A DNA stretch of 41,069 nt. It comes from Sphacelaria rigidula. Lineage: Eukaryota. The DNA lies in contig CAXNAA020000008.1 of the NCBI GenBank assembly GCA_964200075.2, positions 1 to 41,069 on the forward strand. The letters run 5' to 3'. The translations under genes and the position numbers were made by a program. Every line of letters begins with the position of its first letter. Within the stretch, counting starts at the first letter, position 1. This document shows positions 1 to 11,399 of the stretch, one piece after another. The notes beneath the pieces are model-generated. The model saw nothing but the letters and a program-made list of their open reading frames with translations. It had not been told where the DNA came from and ran no database searches.

Positions 1-496
1 GGGCAATTCTCAGCTACCGAGATCGACTGCCTAAATACCGGTTCTTCATCCCCGCCCACTACATACATGTTGACTGCACCCTGCAAGTCATCGCCAGAGG
101 GATGCGCAGAACTCATGACAGTAGATCCTTTCGTCTTTTCACAGCCCACCTGGTTTCAGGGCGTGGTGAAAAAGAGCACATGGTTGCATGTACTTTCCTT
201 TCCGGTTTTTCCGGTCGAGCCTGTACTAGTGTAAATTACTACGTTTGAGTTTGGAATTGAGAACCCAACAACCCGCCGGAAAACTCGGGAACAGTATACT
301 GAGTGCAAGTCATATCATATAACCAAGCTCCGACCGCCCTGCGCTTGGAAACCTGCGAAGGCTTATCTGGGCCAGGGATAGGGTCCCCATACGATCTTTA
401 CAGTGGCATCATACTCGCCAACAACCCCAGCACTGGTCGTTCGGGTCTGATCGAGAAATTTCGCCTCGCCGTGATTGGGCAGGTCGCTCGAAGACT
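1..496 (+). repeat. Dispersed repeat, inverted homologue of 12097-12594; truncated by the window edge
   Basis: Colinear by eye over ~500 bp; 26 mismatches counted in the first ~124 nt. Confidence 0.85.
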
Positions 497-779
497 TGTT
501 TTTGTATTATTTCACCAACACAGGGTCAACCCTGAGTTAGTGGGGGGTCGGTCCCAAAAGGGTTGAAGGTATCTTTTTTTACTCCGCATGTCAAGAAGGT
601 CTCGACAAGTGTTTGATCACTCATACACCCCCTCAACTTGCGTGTGGCACGCTCTTGTGGTCAGTCTCATGTCGGGTAAAATCGGCGATGAATAACACCC
701 CTCGAGTTCCAATTGGATCTGTTATTGCCGCAGCACCGTCCTTGCTGGCATGTGTGTGACAGAGAACAGTAGCGGTGAC

Positions 780-1111
780 GGGAACATTGCCCTGCTTTTC
801 AACGACATGTTTTTCGGCGAACAGAGGCGCGTCCTATCCAAAAAGAGAGGCAGAGAGAAATCGATCTTCGCATTCGTGAGATCCATAGGCAAGAAGAGAT
901 AAGATCCCTCCGCACCTCGATGTTTTTGGGGGGGCTGTACGCAGCAGTATAGTATGTCTACCGGCACATGAGAGATTGGATACATGCTGGTAACATGCGT
1001 GATGCCAGTCTCTCGAGCGATTGGTAATCGCCGAGCGGGGACACACAAAGGACACGGGTCAGGAGCTTCCTTCCTGTCGTTGCTTCTCCATCTGGTGATC
1101 TCGTCATCGAC
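780..1111 (-). pseudogene. Possible decayed hAT transposase C-terminal dimerisation-domain fragment
   Basis: Frameshifted pieces VDDEITRWR..DP / DYQSLERLASRML / FLPMDLTNAKIDFSL..DRTRLCSPKNM follow the order of the hAT motif; similarity is weak and judged by eye. Confidence 0.25.
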
Positions 1112-1289
1112 ACGCGTGTACACCGCATTCGTTCGGTGCACCTAAGCACAACGGCTTCACTGCTGCAGACTCTCGAGGGGAAAGATGGTTTCGCTCTGTG
1201 TAACTGTTTCGGGTCATCCCTGCAAAAAAAAGATATGCCATTTCAGGCTCTTTTTCGACATCACCCCATTTTCAAGAATCCACCGTTAC

Positions 1290-1528
1290 GTGATACCGCG
1301 ATAAATCCCTACCCAGACCAAAGCGAGAACTGTTCAACAAAAAGTGGCCACAGAGCGCGTGATGGTCCGTGTCAGACTGCCGGAGGCGCCTCATATGAAT
1401 GACATCGGCGAAACCGATCTCAAGCGTGGGAGTTCCCAGCTGCTCGGTGTGCTCGGCTTTGCCCATTTTGATTCACACATGCGTTTTGCCTCCCCAACCC
1501 AACCACTTGGGGGGGTTATCGTGACAAT
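1290..1528. mobile_element. MITE family B copy 1 (diverged)
   Basis: Shares the core gcgtggga..tcccagct.ctcg.tgtgctcggcttt.cccattt.gattcac with copies 2 and 3; ends approximate. Confidence 0.65.
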
Positions 1529-1644
1529 TGTTGGAAAAAATTGGAATGCGTGACACTATGTAATTTGTAATAATCACCTACCCAACGCACAACAGCGCAT
1601 TATGAGAGGGATGTTAGGATGATTGATTTCCTCATTTCCATTTA

Positions 1645-1940
1645 ACAAGGTTTAGTGAGATTGAGAGTTGGGTGCGGTTTGAGAGTGGCTTTGATCATTC
1701 GCGATAACTTGTCCAATTTTTCATTCCGTGTGTGCTTTTTGTCGTCTCATCACTGCCACGTGCTTACAGCTACACGTTGATATCCTACTCAGAGGTATCG
1801 AGGGCCTCAGTGGCAAGCTGCTAGATAGAAGATATTGGACCTGGTGGAGGTGCATTTCGGAACTGAAACGGCTTATCCACTAATTGACCGTTTTTCACTC
1901 TCAATCGTACCTTCAACTCTCAATTTCACGAAAACGTTGT
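1645..1940. mobile_element. MITE family A copy 1 (~296 bp, ~40-bp imperfect TIRs, TA flanks)
   Basis: TA|acaaggtttagtgagattgagag ... ctctcaatttcacgaaaacgttgt|TA; internal sequence shared with 3 other copies. Confidence 0.8.
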
Positions 1941-2033
1941 TATTTATGTCGGTATTATAGTTCAACAGAACGGATATTTCCTTACCATTACTCGTACAGC
2001 TAAGGACTGTTTCTACTTGGATTCCGCAGCGTC

Positions 2034-2283
2034 TGACACTTTCTACGATAGCCCCCCCCCAAAACCAGCTCAAAAGTGTCATGAAAATAATGGCCATACA
2101 GCGCCTCTGTTTAGGTTCAGGCTGCATGAAGCACCTAATATTGGCGAAATTGGCTAGAGCGAACCCACGCGTGGGAATTTCCAGCTTCTCGTTGTGCTCG
2201 GCTTTTCCCATTTCGATTCACGTGAAAATGTTGCCCCCCAAAACCATGCACTTCTGGGGGGGGGGTTATTGTTGAAAGTGTCG
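2034..2283. mobile_element. MITE family B copy 2 (~250 bp, TIR tgacactttctacgatagcccc)
   Basis: Terminal inverted repeats plus shared core. Confidence 0.8.
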
Positions 2284-2518
2284 TCTTTCGAAATGACTCT
2301 TTGACTGCAAGGGAAGGCTACGGAAGGTGATCTGTTGAATAGGCAATACTACCCCTGACAATCAGATATTCCCCTTTTTCATACGTTCATAAAAACACAC
2401 GATGACAATTAAAAGCTATACTTCCAGTCTCACAAAAATGTTGTTGCAAGTACTTTGCGATATTCGCCCTTCCCCTGCATGTACTCTCCTCGATTTGGAC
2501 GTCATATTTCCACTATTA

Positions 2519-2818
2519 ACGGCGCATTCGTGAGATCGAGAGCAGAGCGCGAATCGAGAGTGGCTTTGGTCATTCGCTTCAACTTGTCCGATCTTTCATT
2601 CCGTGTGTATGCTCTTTTTTGCCTTCATCACCGCCGTGTGCTTACAGCTACACGTGGATATCCTACTCAGGGATATCAAGCGCCTCGGTGGCAAGCTACT
2701 ACAGAAAGAATATCGGGCCACGTAGAGGGGCGTCTCGGAACTGAAACGATTAATTCACCGATTGACATCTCTTCACTCTCAATCTTATTCTCTACTCTCG
2801 ATCTTACGAAAACATTGT
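2519..2818. mobile_element. MITE family A copy 2
   Basis: Same TIRs and core (gagagtggctttggtcattcgc...cttacagctacacg...gaactgaaacg). Confidence 0.8.
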
Positions 2819-4975
2819 TCATTCTCAACTTCTTGAGATCGCTGAGCAGTACAATATGATGCTGGGGATGTATGGAAAGATCTGTTCCTGTTTTGTTGGG
2901 AGATGGAGTATTTTCGAGATGGACACAGTACCGCAGTATAGAGCAGCACCGTACGCAGCGCATAGTACATCTCGCATTCCACCTTAGCTGAGGGGACGTT
3001 GTCGCTTCGTGTTCACGTCAATGCCGGTATGAGTCCTCGAGCGACATGTTCGTGTTCTAGAGCTCATGCGCTTCAAAGCGGTCGCCATATACCGGAGCCA
3101 AAAAAGTAGCCGTCGTCCAGGAAACGAAACGTTTTCCCATTGAACAAGTGGGCACTCATTGGTTCAATGGGTAAAATGGTCGCTTCCATAACAGTCGCGA
3201 CCGATTGAACGCAAAAAACCTACAGACGTTCCTGCACATTTGACACCCACCCGTCTCATACTCATAAACTTCCGTTTTGGTATATTCCATGAGTGGGCAA
3301 AACACTGAGGAGTGACACTAGGAGCGATGCGCTTTGTTGAAGACAAAAACAGGGGGAATTAGCATATCAACCATCGAAATATTGCCCTCATCAATGCGCT
3401 GTTGTACGCCAGGCACGTTATGATTTCACGCCAGATACAACGGCATGCACTCCAAAAGCGTTCTCATCGATATTCATTGTATGAGAGTGCATGGAGAATC
3501 AGCGTTTGTTTGCATTCGGAATATAGATTCAACGACCAACTCGTGGGACTCTTAACCCTCTGACCGCTAAGGTCAGGATCACGCAGTAAGTTTTCTGATG
3601 AGCATGATGCCGACTCCACAAAGGGCTAGAGCGCTGACTCTTAATCTCACGAACATCTTGATTATGTACAGTACGCTACAAGCATGTGATGGAACCACGA
3701 CGATGCAGGGGAGGCAGGATCGAACTGCTGCGATGCTAATCGCCCACGGGTTCGGAGCCCATGCCCCACTCCAGGGAGGATCACCCCTGCCACAAGTTGG
3801 AACAAAGAAGTTCGAAGGGGGTTCGCAACCCCAGACACGAAACGGACATCCACGCTACTACACATATGCTCGCATTGGACAGTGTACACTCATTATGTGA
3901 GACGCCATATTAGTCGGCACCAAATATCACGCGACCGCGCCTCCCGGCCGACGACTCTCCAGATTAAAGACGCTCGTGATGAGCGTACTTGCAATTTAAT
4001 TGGAATTAACCAGATGATAACAGCACCATGAAGTTTGAAACCCCGATCGCAACGTGCCCCCACATCTTCCCAACGGAGAAAGTATTGGGCCAGTCGGCCC
4101 ATACGGCTATCTTCTCCCGAACACACGCATCACGGAACCTGGAAACTGTTGCGTATCATCTCGTATGTACGTGATGAATGAAATAAAGCAGCTCGATAGC
4201 CTACATACGGGGATCTGCAGCCGACATCCATCTATTCGTCGAACGAAGAAAATGCCGAATAAATGTTTGGGAACGCCATGGTCGCACGCGGATGACGCCC
4301 CCGTCGAGACAAAACGTATCGAACCTCGATTTCCTAGAAAGCCGCAAGATATGACGAAACAATAATCGTTGACGAGGAACTCACAGCTTCACCAGCACAG
4401 CACAACTATTTCCACGGTGCCGTAGTTTCCATCATTTGAGGCGGTGAATGCATCGCCCGCAAGAGCAGGTTTAATTGTAGTTCGTCACCTGAGCTCATCA
4501 CTCCTGCCGGGGGTTCCGCCAACGTCCGGAGATAGCACTTGGGCCAGGGGGGGTGTACTCGTCATCATACACGCCAGTTACCGAACCATTGACCTCGCAC
4601 TTGGGCCAGGTGGGGGGGGGGGTACTGATTTCGCATGCCGTGGTCAAGATACGATTGACCCCGCCTACCAACAGAGCCGGCATGGGGCACGCCGAATTTC
4701 CGACGTACACGCTCGTAATCGTTGAGCGCGGAGCGCCGTGAGGTATTCGGCGAGTCAAATGAGGAGGGCGGGAGGACACCGTCACCGTACGTTTCACACG
4801 AATCGACCAGAACCATAATTTCGTTGTCACTCGATCCAACCATAATCGATCGCTTCACGTACCTCGATTTATCTGACGAAACAGAGCAGTCCGTTACTCA
4901 TGTACAATTTCCAAGAGACGTGAGGTTGAGGTTCCAGTCATCAAGCATCTTGTACGCTTCAAAAAGTATTTCCTA

Positions 4976-5420
4976 TAACACGGGATCTTACAAATTGGGG
5001 ATGGATCTACTGGGAACGAGAAACCCGAAGAATTAAAATCTTTGTATCCACACCAAATCTTCGAAATATAGTTCCATTTCTTCACCTACCGATAGCTATA
5101 GACAACTGCTACATGCCATGGAAACTTGGATTTCGATCACCAAAATGTTGGGGTACTAGGTGAAACACCAATCCCAAAACCATTTTGGCGTCCGTTCGGA
5201 CACCGGGAATTCCCGATGAATGGGTTTTCACCTAGGACCCCAACATTTCGGTCATCGAGGTCAAAATTTTGTAAGGCGTGTACCAGTTGTCAATAGATCT
5301 CAGTAGGTGAAGAACTGGAACCATATTTCGAAGATCTGGTGCGGATACGAAGATTTCATTTGTCCGGGTTTCTCATCCCCAATAAAAATATCCATCCCCA
5401 ATTTGTAAGATCCCGTGTTG
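4976..5420. mobile_element. Foldback element, 445 bp, ~190-bp inverted arms, TA flanks
   Basis: TA|taacacgggatcttacaaattggggatggat ... atccatccccaatttgtaagatcccgtgttg|TA; the arms pair inward to ~5167/5222. Confidence 0.85.
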
Positions 5421-5679
5421 TATCATGACGCGATCAAACAGGTCGCGATCGTCCAGGTCAACAGAGGAAGCATGCTCTTCGTCGGTGAGCACCAAACACG
5501 GGAACGACTTCGGTAATTGAAATCCCTTCCTGGAAGGCAACGACCGAACCGCAACCGGGCTGTCAAAGGAGAGAAAGAATTCGCGCGTGCTCTCACGGTT
5601 CTTGGACGTTATCATGCCCAAAGACGCTGGCCGCCAGCCCATTACGCACCCTGCGGTCACCAGAGTGGGGTGCGGAAGC

Positions 5680-5880
5680 GCACTAGTGAACAGATAGCAC
5701 CCTGTGGAGCACGTCTACAACGTTCAGGGGAACTGTGCGGTGTTTCTCGCGGGGATTTGGCTGTAGGGTATTTTTTTTGCGCCACACTGCGCTTCACAGG
5801 GTTTCAGGCAAACTGTGCAATGTTTCTCACGGGGATTTGGCTGTGGGGGATTCTTTTGCGCCACACAGTACGCTTCAAAG
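5680..5880 (+). repeat. Repeat family E, ~80-bp tandem units
   Basis: aactgtgc..tgtttctc.cggggatttggctgt at 5731 and 5811. Confidence 0.75.
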
Positions 5881-6320
5881 CGTTTCGTCACCTCGTGTAC
5901 TGTTTCATGTTGTTGATACACGGGTGGCCACTGGGGTGCCTGCAACCTCAAATTTGGACGTTACAGACCTTGCAACAGTTTTTTCAAGGACAAGCAATAT
6001 GTTCTCATCTAACAGCGCGGGTACGGTCCTGGCAGAGAAAAGTAAAAGGGTGTGAATTGAACTCGCATTTTTGTGACCGACAGAACGTCGCACTGAACGT
6101 TGAACCCCCTACGATTCTTTCTCACTCCATCATGTATTTTTGAGCTTCCGAAGGATATTAAGCAAAAACTTTCGTTAACTGAAGCATGATTTCGTTGAGC
6201 ACGTAATTCTTAAATAGTCGCCTCTTGGAAAATTTGGAGCAAATTATTCTTGATGCAGGGTGTGAATTTACCTCTGGAATGTGATATTTATCGGTAACCA
6301 CGCAATCTTGTATTAAATAC

Positions 6321-6617
6321 TCAACGTTTCGGTAAAATCGAGAGTAGAGCGCGAATTGAGAGTGGCTTTGGCCACTCGCTGTAACTTATCCATTTTTTCA
6401 TTCCGCGTGTGCTTTTCTGTGCCTTCATAACTGGCATGTGCTTACAGCTACACGTCGATATACTACTCGGGGATAGCAAGCGCCTCAGCGGCAAGCTACG
6501 GCACAAAGCGTATCGGACCTCTTGAAGGGCATTTCAGAACTGAAACGATTCAGTCATGATTTGACTGTTTTTTCCTCTCGACTGTATCCTCTACTCTGAA
6601 TCTCACAGACACAGTGT
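6321..6617. mobile_element. MITE family A copy 3
   Basis: Same core and TIR remnants. Confidence 0.78.
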
Positions 6618-7096
6618 CACAAGTACATTGTAGTGTAGGCCGTGACCCGATATACAGATCAATCGAACCATAAGCGATTGAGAATTCAAATAACCCACGT
6701 AATGCAAAATTTGTTCCTAGTTGTCGCTCACAATCCTACTGCAAAGAAGAGCACGAGTTACGCACAGGAAAATAAATGCACACTGCCGTGGTTGGGTATG
6801 ACGTATTTCTTGTTGGTGCATGAAAACTTGAGAATCTTCGTTCATGGTCGGGATATCTATCGCACGGCGACGGATCGAACCACGCGGGGTTTACAGCAGC
6901 CCCGCGGGGTATTTATGACCGCACGGCTTATATTGCATGTAGGCGCGTACTCACGGCATAGTTGACGCATGGGCAGGCATTACAAAGCTGCACGTTTGTC
7001 GAGTCGTTTTCACGTCGTAGTGTAGGTGAAGAACATATCTCGTCCTGTGCTGCCTGTACTGCACTTTCCTCACTTCCTTTTCACGCCCTACTTAGT

Positions 7097-7290
7097 GCAC
7101 GGATGGACAGATAGAACCCTGTGGGGTGCACTGTGCAGGGTCCGTACAGGGTCCTCCACAGTCTCCGTGGAAAAACCTTGACAGTGAAAATCCAAACCTG
7201 TACCCCTCGTAGCGTTTTGATAAAGTTTGCCCCAGGGTTGGGTTTACAGCCCTGTGTAGGCTTGTCGGCAAAGCCCTGCACAGTCATGTG
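7097..7290 (+). repeat. Repeat family E, diverged copy
   Basis: ggacagatagaaccctgtgggg matches gaacagatagcaccctgtggag at ~5690. Confidence 0.5.
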
Positions 7291-7471
7291 GTAGTGTTTT
7301 GGTGAAAAACACCGACTTTTCTTTTTTTTTCAGAAAATTCCAAATATTTTGGTACAAAATCCGTAAATTCATGTATTTCCAATAGCTTGTCCTCGTGTCC
7401 ATATCGGGCACAGGAATTTATTTTGGACAGCAGGACAGGCTATTCAAAACAGGTCCTTTTCTCGCCCAATT

Positions 7472-7715
7472 TGACGCTTTCTACGATAGCCCTTCCCCTA
7501 AAAGTGTCACGAAAAAATTGGCCATACAGCGCCTGATGTTCGGGTTCAGGCTACATGAAGAACCTCATATCGGCGACATCGGCTAGAACGAACCCACGCG
7601 TGGAAATTTCCAGCTTCTCGTTGTGCTCGGCTTTTCCCATTTCGATTCACGTGAAGATTTTTGCCTCCCGAAACGATGCCCTTTGAGGGGAAGGGGGGTA
7701 TCGTAGAAAATGTCA
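7472..7715. mobile_element. MITE family B copy 3
   Basis: tgacgctttctacgatagcc ... ggtatcgtagaaaatgtca. Confidence 0.8.
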
Positions 7716-8479
7716 TTTATTCAACAAAAAAAAACGAACTGTAGAAGAAGCTGTTCATAATCGATCTTTTTTTCGGCCATTTCAAAAATTGGCGAAAAAA
7801 GAATATATTTCCAACAATTTCAGCCGCGCAAATCCCATGCACACTGGCAGATTCGGAAATTGAACAGCAGAAGAAGCTCGAAACAAATCTTCACTTTGCC
7901 CTTAAATTCATCCGGAGATTGGGGAAAAGAGATTTGTTGCGAGCAGCGTCAGCTGCTGGGCAAATCCCGTATACTGCACCGTTAACAACATATGGGGACC
8001 GACAAACAGAAAGGAATGTAGAAAGTAATTCATCCTCTGCCCCCCGTCCATGCATATGGGCTAAAGGATGACCATTTCTCAACAGCTTTTCCTGAATGGA
8101 GATCCGACACACTGATTGTGATCGAGTGTGTATCCAGACGCCTGCGAGTTTAGATGCGACGCTTCCACTCAAGACGTGGATTCTGAGGTGACGGTATATA
8201 CCTCGCATGTGACTGCACATTGCTCTTGAAAACCCCTTGGTCTGCAGTCTGCCAAATCACTCAACCGGTTTGCTTGTGTTTAGAGAGGTTTTTGATTGAT
8301 AATTAGTAGAAGCACAAATAGTAAGCGTTTTAGAAATTAAAGCAAGTAGCTCGATGTACGACCTGGCACACCCTCGCGAAGGGATTCTCGAGTTCAATTC
8401 TCACTCCCGCCGCTCCTCGAACGTTTTTTTCTGCCAGTACCATGCCCATGTTGTATGGAATATATTATATGCACGGAGT

Positions 8480-8810
8480 GTCGACACCCTGTGCAGCGCC
8501 CTATGGCACAAAATAATTCCCTCCAGTCAAATCCCCGTTAGAAACCATGCACAGCTTCCCTGCACTCTGTGAAGCGTCCTGTGGGGCGCACAGAAACACC
8601 CACAACCGCGTCCTCGCGAGAAACACTGCACAGTTTCCCTGAACCCTGTAGACGTGCCCCACAGGGTGCTATTTGTCCACGTGTGCATGAGCGTCCTGTG
8701 CTACGCTGGAAAACACTGTACGATAGATTCCCGCCAGAAACACTGCGCAGGATGCGTAAACCCTGTAGACCCCCTCCACAGGGTGCTATTTGTCCACGTG
8801 TGTGCGTGCT
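8480..8810 (-). repeat. Repeat family E, inverted, ~117-bp period
   Basis: ccctgtagac...cacagggtgctatttgtccacgtgtg at 8644 and 8761; reverse complement matches 5680-5760. Confidence 0.75.
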
Positions 8811-8993
8811 GCAGTTGTGCTCATTAGAGTGCGCGTGTGAACCGTAGTTATCCCTGACTATATGTAACATCCCCACACTTCAAAATAGGCTGCAGCTTCC
8901 GCGCATTGTATAGCCATACGCAGCTTGTACGCCGCGCTCACTCTGCAGTGTGAAACAGCTGGCGTTTAAGTCCGGTAGAGGACGATTTGTTGT

Positions 8994-9269
8994 CAACAAT
9001 TCCAAGGGTCGGACAAACAATGATTCGTGTGGAAATTACTTGGTTTTAGTATCATGAGTCGACTTGTGACGAGTCAATCCCTAGGCTTCATTTCAGCGTT
9101 GCAACCCAGGTATACGCAGCCCAGACACATGGAATGGCACAAAAGTTGTGTGGATACCCCTTGGATCAGCGATCAATTTTTTCCTCCCTTTCTCGCAATC
9201 ACGCCGAAGAAATCTTGAACTTGGTGATCTCGAGTCGTAATGATTTGTCCTAACCGTGAACAATTTTTG
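8994..9269 (+). mobile_element. MITE family C copy 1 (~275 bp, imperfect TIRs)
   Basis: Core caatccctagg...caaaagttgtgtggataccccttgga shared with 30085-30351 and, inverted, with 33154-33425. Confidence 0.75.
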
Positions 9270-9413
9270 CTGCATCTCGGAGCCCTTCCGCTGAATACGG
9301 TGTGGTACGTGGGACTTGCATAGCTGAGCATGCTCGCATTGAGCTCTCTTTTTGCCCAATATTTTGGATTAATTGGCCGGTAAAGTATTCCATTTCTCGT
9401 ACCTTCTGGTCGA

Positions 9414-9872
9414 GTTCCAGATCTGAGTCGTCCCACGGTAGGGGGCGGGGGAGGGGGGGGTATTTTGGGCCACTTCTTGCACGAAATTCCGAGGCAAATT
9501 GCCGCTGAAATCAGCAACGGTTGCTCGAACGAGCTTGTTATGGATATACATAACGCTCATCTTGTTATGGATACACAACGCTCATTCATACCGATTGACA
9601 CCGTTTTGAACCAAATACAAACGCATCGCGAGTGTTGCAGGCCACCTGGCACAAGTATTAGCCTCGTTTTTCGTGCAATCAAATAACCCCCCCCCCCCCC
9701 CCCCCCTCCCCCTACGGGGTCCTAGAGGCGTAAAGGCGGGATNNNNNNNNNNAAAAACGCCCTCGCGGCGTCTGGCGGCCCACACTGCAGCATCTGTTCC
9801 CTGTCTTTTCGTGACCTCCAACCCCCCCCCCCCCCCCCCCCCCCCTTACCGTAGCGGTGCTCAGTCTCGGAA
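9414..9872. mobile_element. Possible TIR element with poly-G/poly-C subterminal tracts, spanning the gap
   Basis: ttccagatctgagtcgtcccacggtagggg versus the reverse complement of ccccttaccgtagcggtgctcagtctcggaa. Confidence 0.45.
9743..9752. other. Assembly gap (10 N) between poly-C tracts
   Basis: Direct reading. Confidence 0.98.
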
Positions 9873-11284
9873 GGGATGCATGGTCAATGGTCAAATGACT
9901 AAGGCATGTGAACGGGGCCGACAGGTGCATGATGTAGTGCCCGGGACCTGAGGACGGTCACGTGGGGCTGCGCTTCTGACATAGATCGCGTGGTACAGCC
10001 ACGTACACTCATAATACGTACAACTGGGCGTACGTGCAATTGCATCATGCGGCGGGTGGGGGTATTCGTACTCGAGTACTCTCCTAGTAGCCCTTCCTTT
10101 TGGTGCTCCAGCTCACCGCGTACACATTTTATCTATGTGACGACGCAAAATCGGTGGATCACCACGCGAACAGTTTCTCACGCTCTTCTCAAGTAGATTG
10201 CCCTGTATCCAGGGCGATTTCAATTTCAATTTATTTCGGTGTTTGGGACGTTGCTGTCTCGGATTACGGCGGTGAACCTCGAGCGGTCTCGGCTGTGCCC
10301 TCTACTCTAGAGTGAAGGTCTACCCGTAACTTCTTGTATATTTCGACGAGGTTTCCACCTTCTTACGGTAGGTAATGGAGGGACTGGTGGCCTTGTTTCA
10401 GTAACAAAACGTCCAGGTATCATCATGTAAATGAATTGTTTCGTGTCTCGTTCGAATCACGCGTTACATGAAAAAGTATCTGTACTGCAGTATTGTTGCG
10501 TCCTCGGATTCCTTGCCAAAAACTACGGTCCCCGCGCCTCGTACACAGTACAGTTAATAATACCCAGAGCACGTCGGTGGCGTTTATTTCATGCATATCC
10601 GTTATTGAACTGGAACGGTATACTAGCTCGTACAGCACGGAGCATGCGGCAGTACTACACCTCCAAGAGCAGCAGCGATGGACGCGCTGGCATTTCTTCT
10701 GCGTGCTATCGAATAGAGCGTCATGAAACATGGAGAACAATACCGTGACGGGCTGCCACGGGAGAGTACAACGCTGTACTGCACAAGCGCGCTGGCACGG
10801 TGTCGGCAACACGAAAACGCTAGCGCGCGTGCTGCTCGAAAATAACGCGCTCCGTCCGTGTGATTGAAGTCAGTGTATTTTATTGCATTTTGATGCAGAG
10901 ATTATCCTTTGGGTGTGGAGCCATTACTACTTTGTACCAACCGCGACGTGACGCCTGCGGCGGTACCACCTGCTCACTGCACATCGGCAGGGTTTAGGGT
11001 GACAAAGCACACCGCAGGACGTCGCCTCATTTGTCCATCCTTGTCCTGCATTGATTTCGCGTTGAGCTATGCACTTCGCCACATCACGAGTGCAGACGTT
11101 GTATCGCAGCCAAGGTGTACGCAGGAATATAAACCTCCTTGCACGCGCTATATTGCTAGGTCACATTTCGTAGAGCTGTCCGTGTTGCAGCTAGAGCGTG
11201 TGTTTGCCTCACGTGGCGCACGCAGGAGTGAAAGGCCGCCTCCGTCGAGGTAATAGTTGCCTGTTTCTTCGGCGAAGCTGTATA

Positions 11285-11358
11285 GTAACACAGGCGCGTC
11301 TGGAGCGCCCACACATACCGGAAGGTGGAGATCGGCGTCCAGAATTCATGGGACAACA
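11285..11358 (+). mobile_element. SINE body fragment
   Basis: gcgcccacacataccggaaggtggagatcggcgtccagaat is the reverse complement of the 32836-32878 body. Confidence 0.65.
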
Positions 11359-11399
11359 CACAGCACACTCGACGTTGCGCAGTACATTTCCCACATCAT

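Noticed and set aside
2455-2859. 134-aa ORF, and similar ORFs across MITE copies
   Set aside because: Lies within MITE family A; the frame is not conserved among copies
4560-5660. Minus-strand ORF split by the foldback element
   Set aside because: Removing the element and one TA does not restore the frame (immediate stop), and no domain is recognisable
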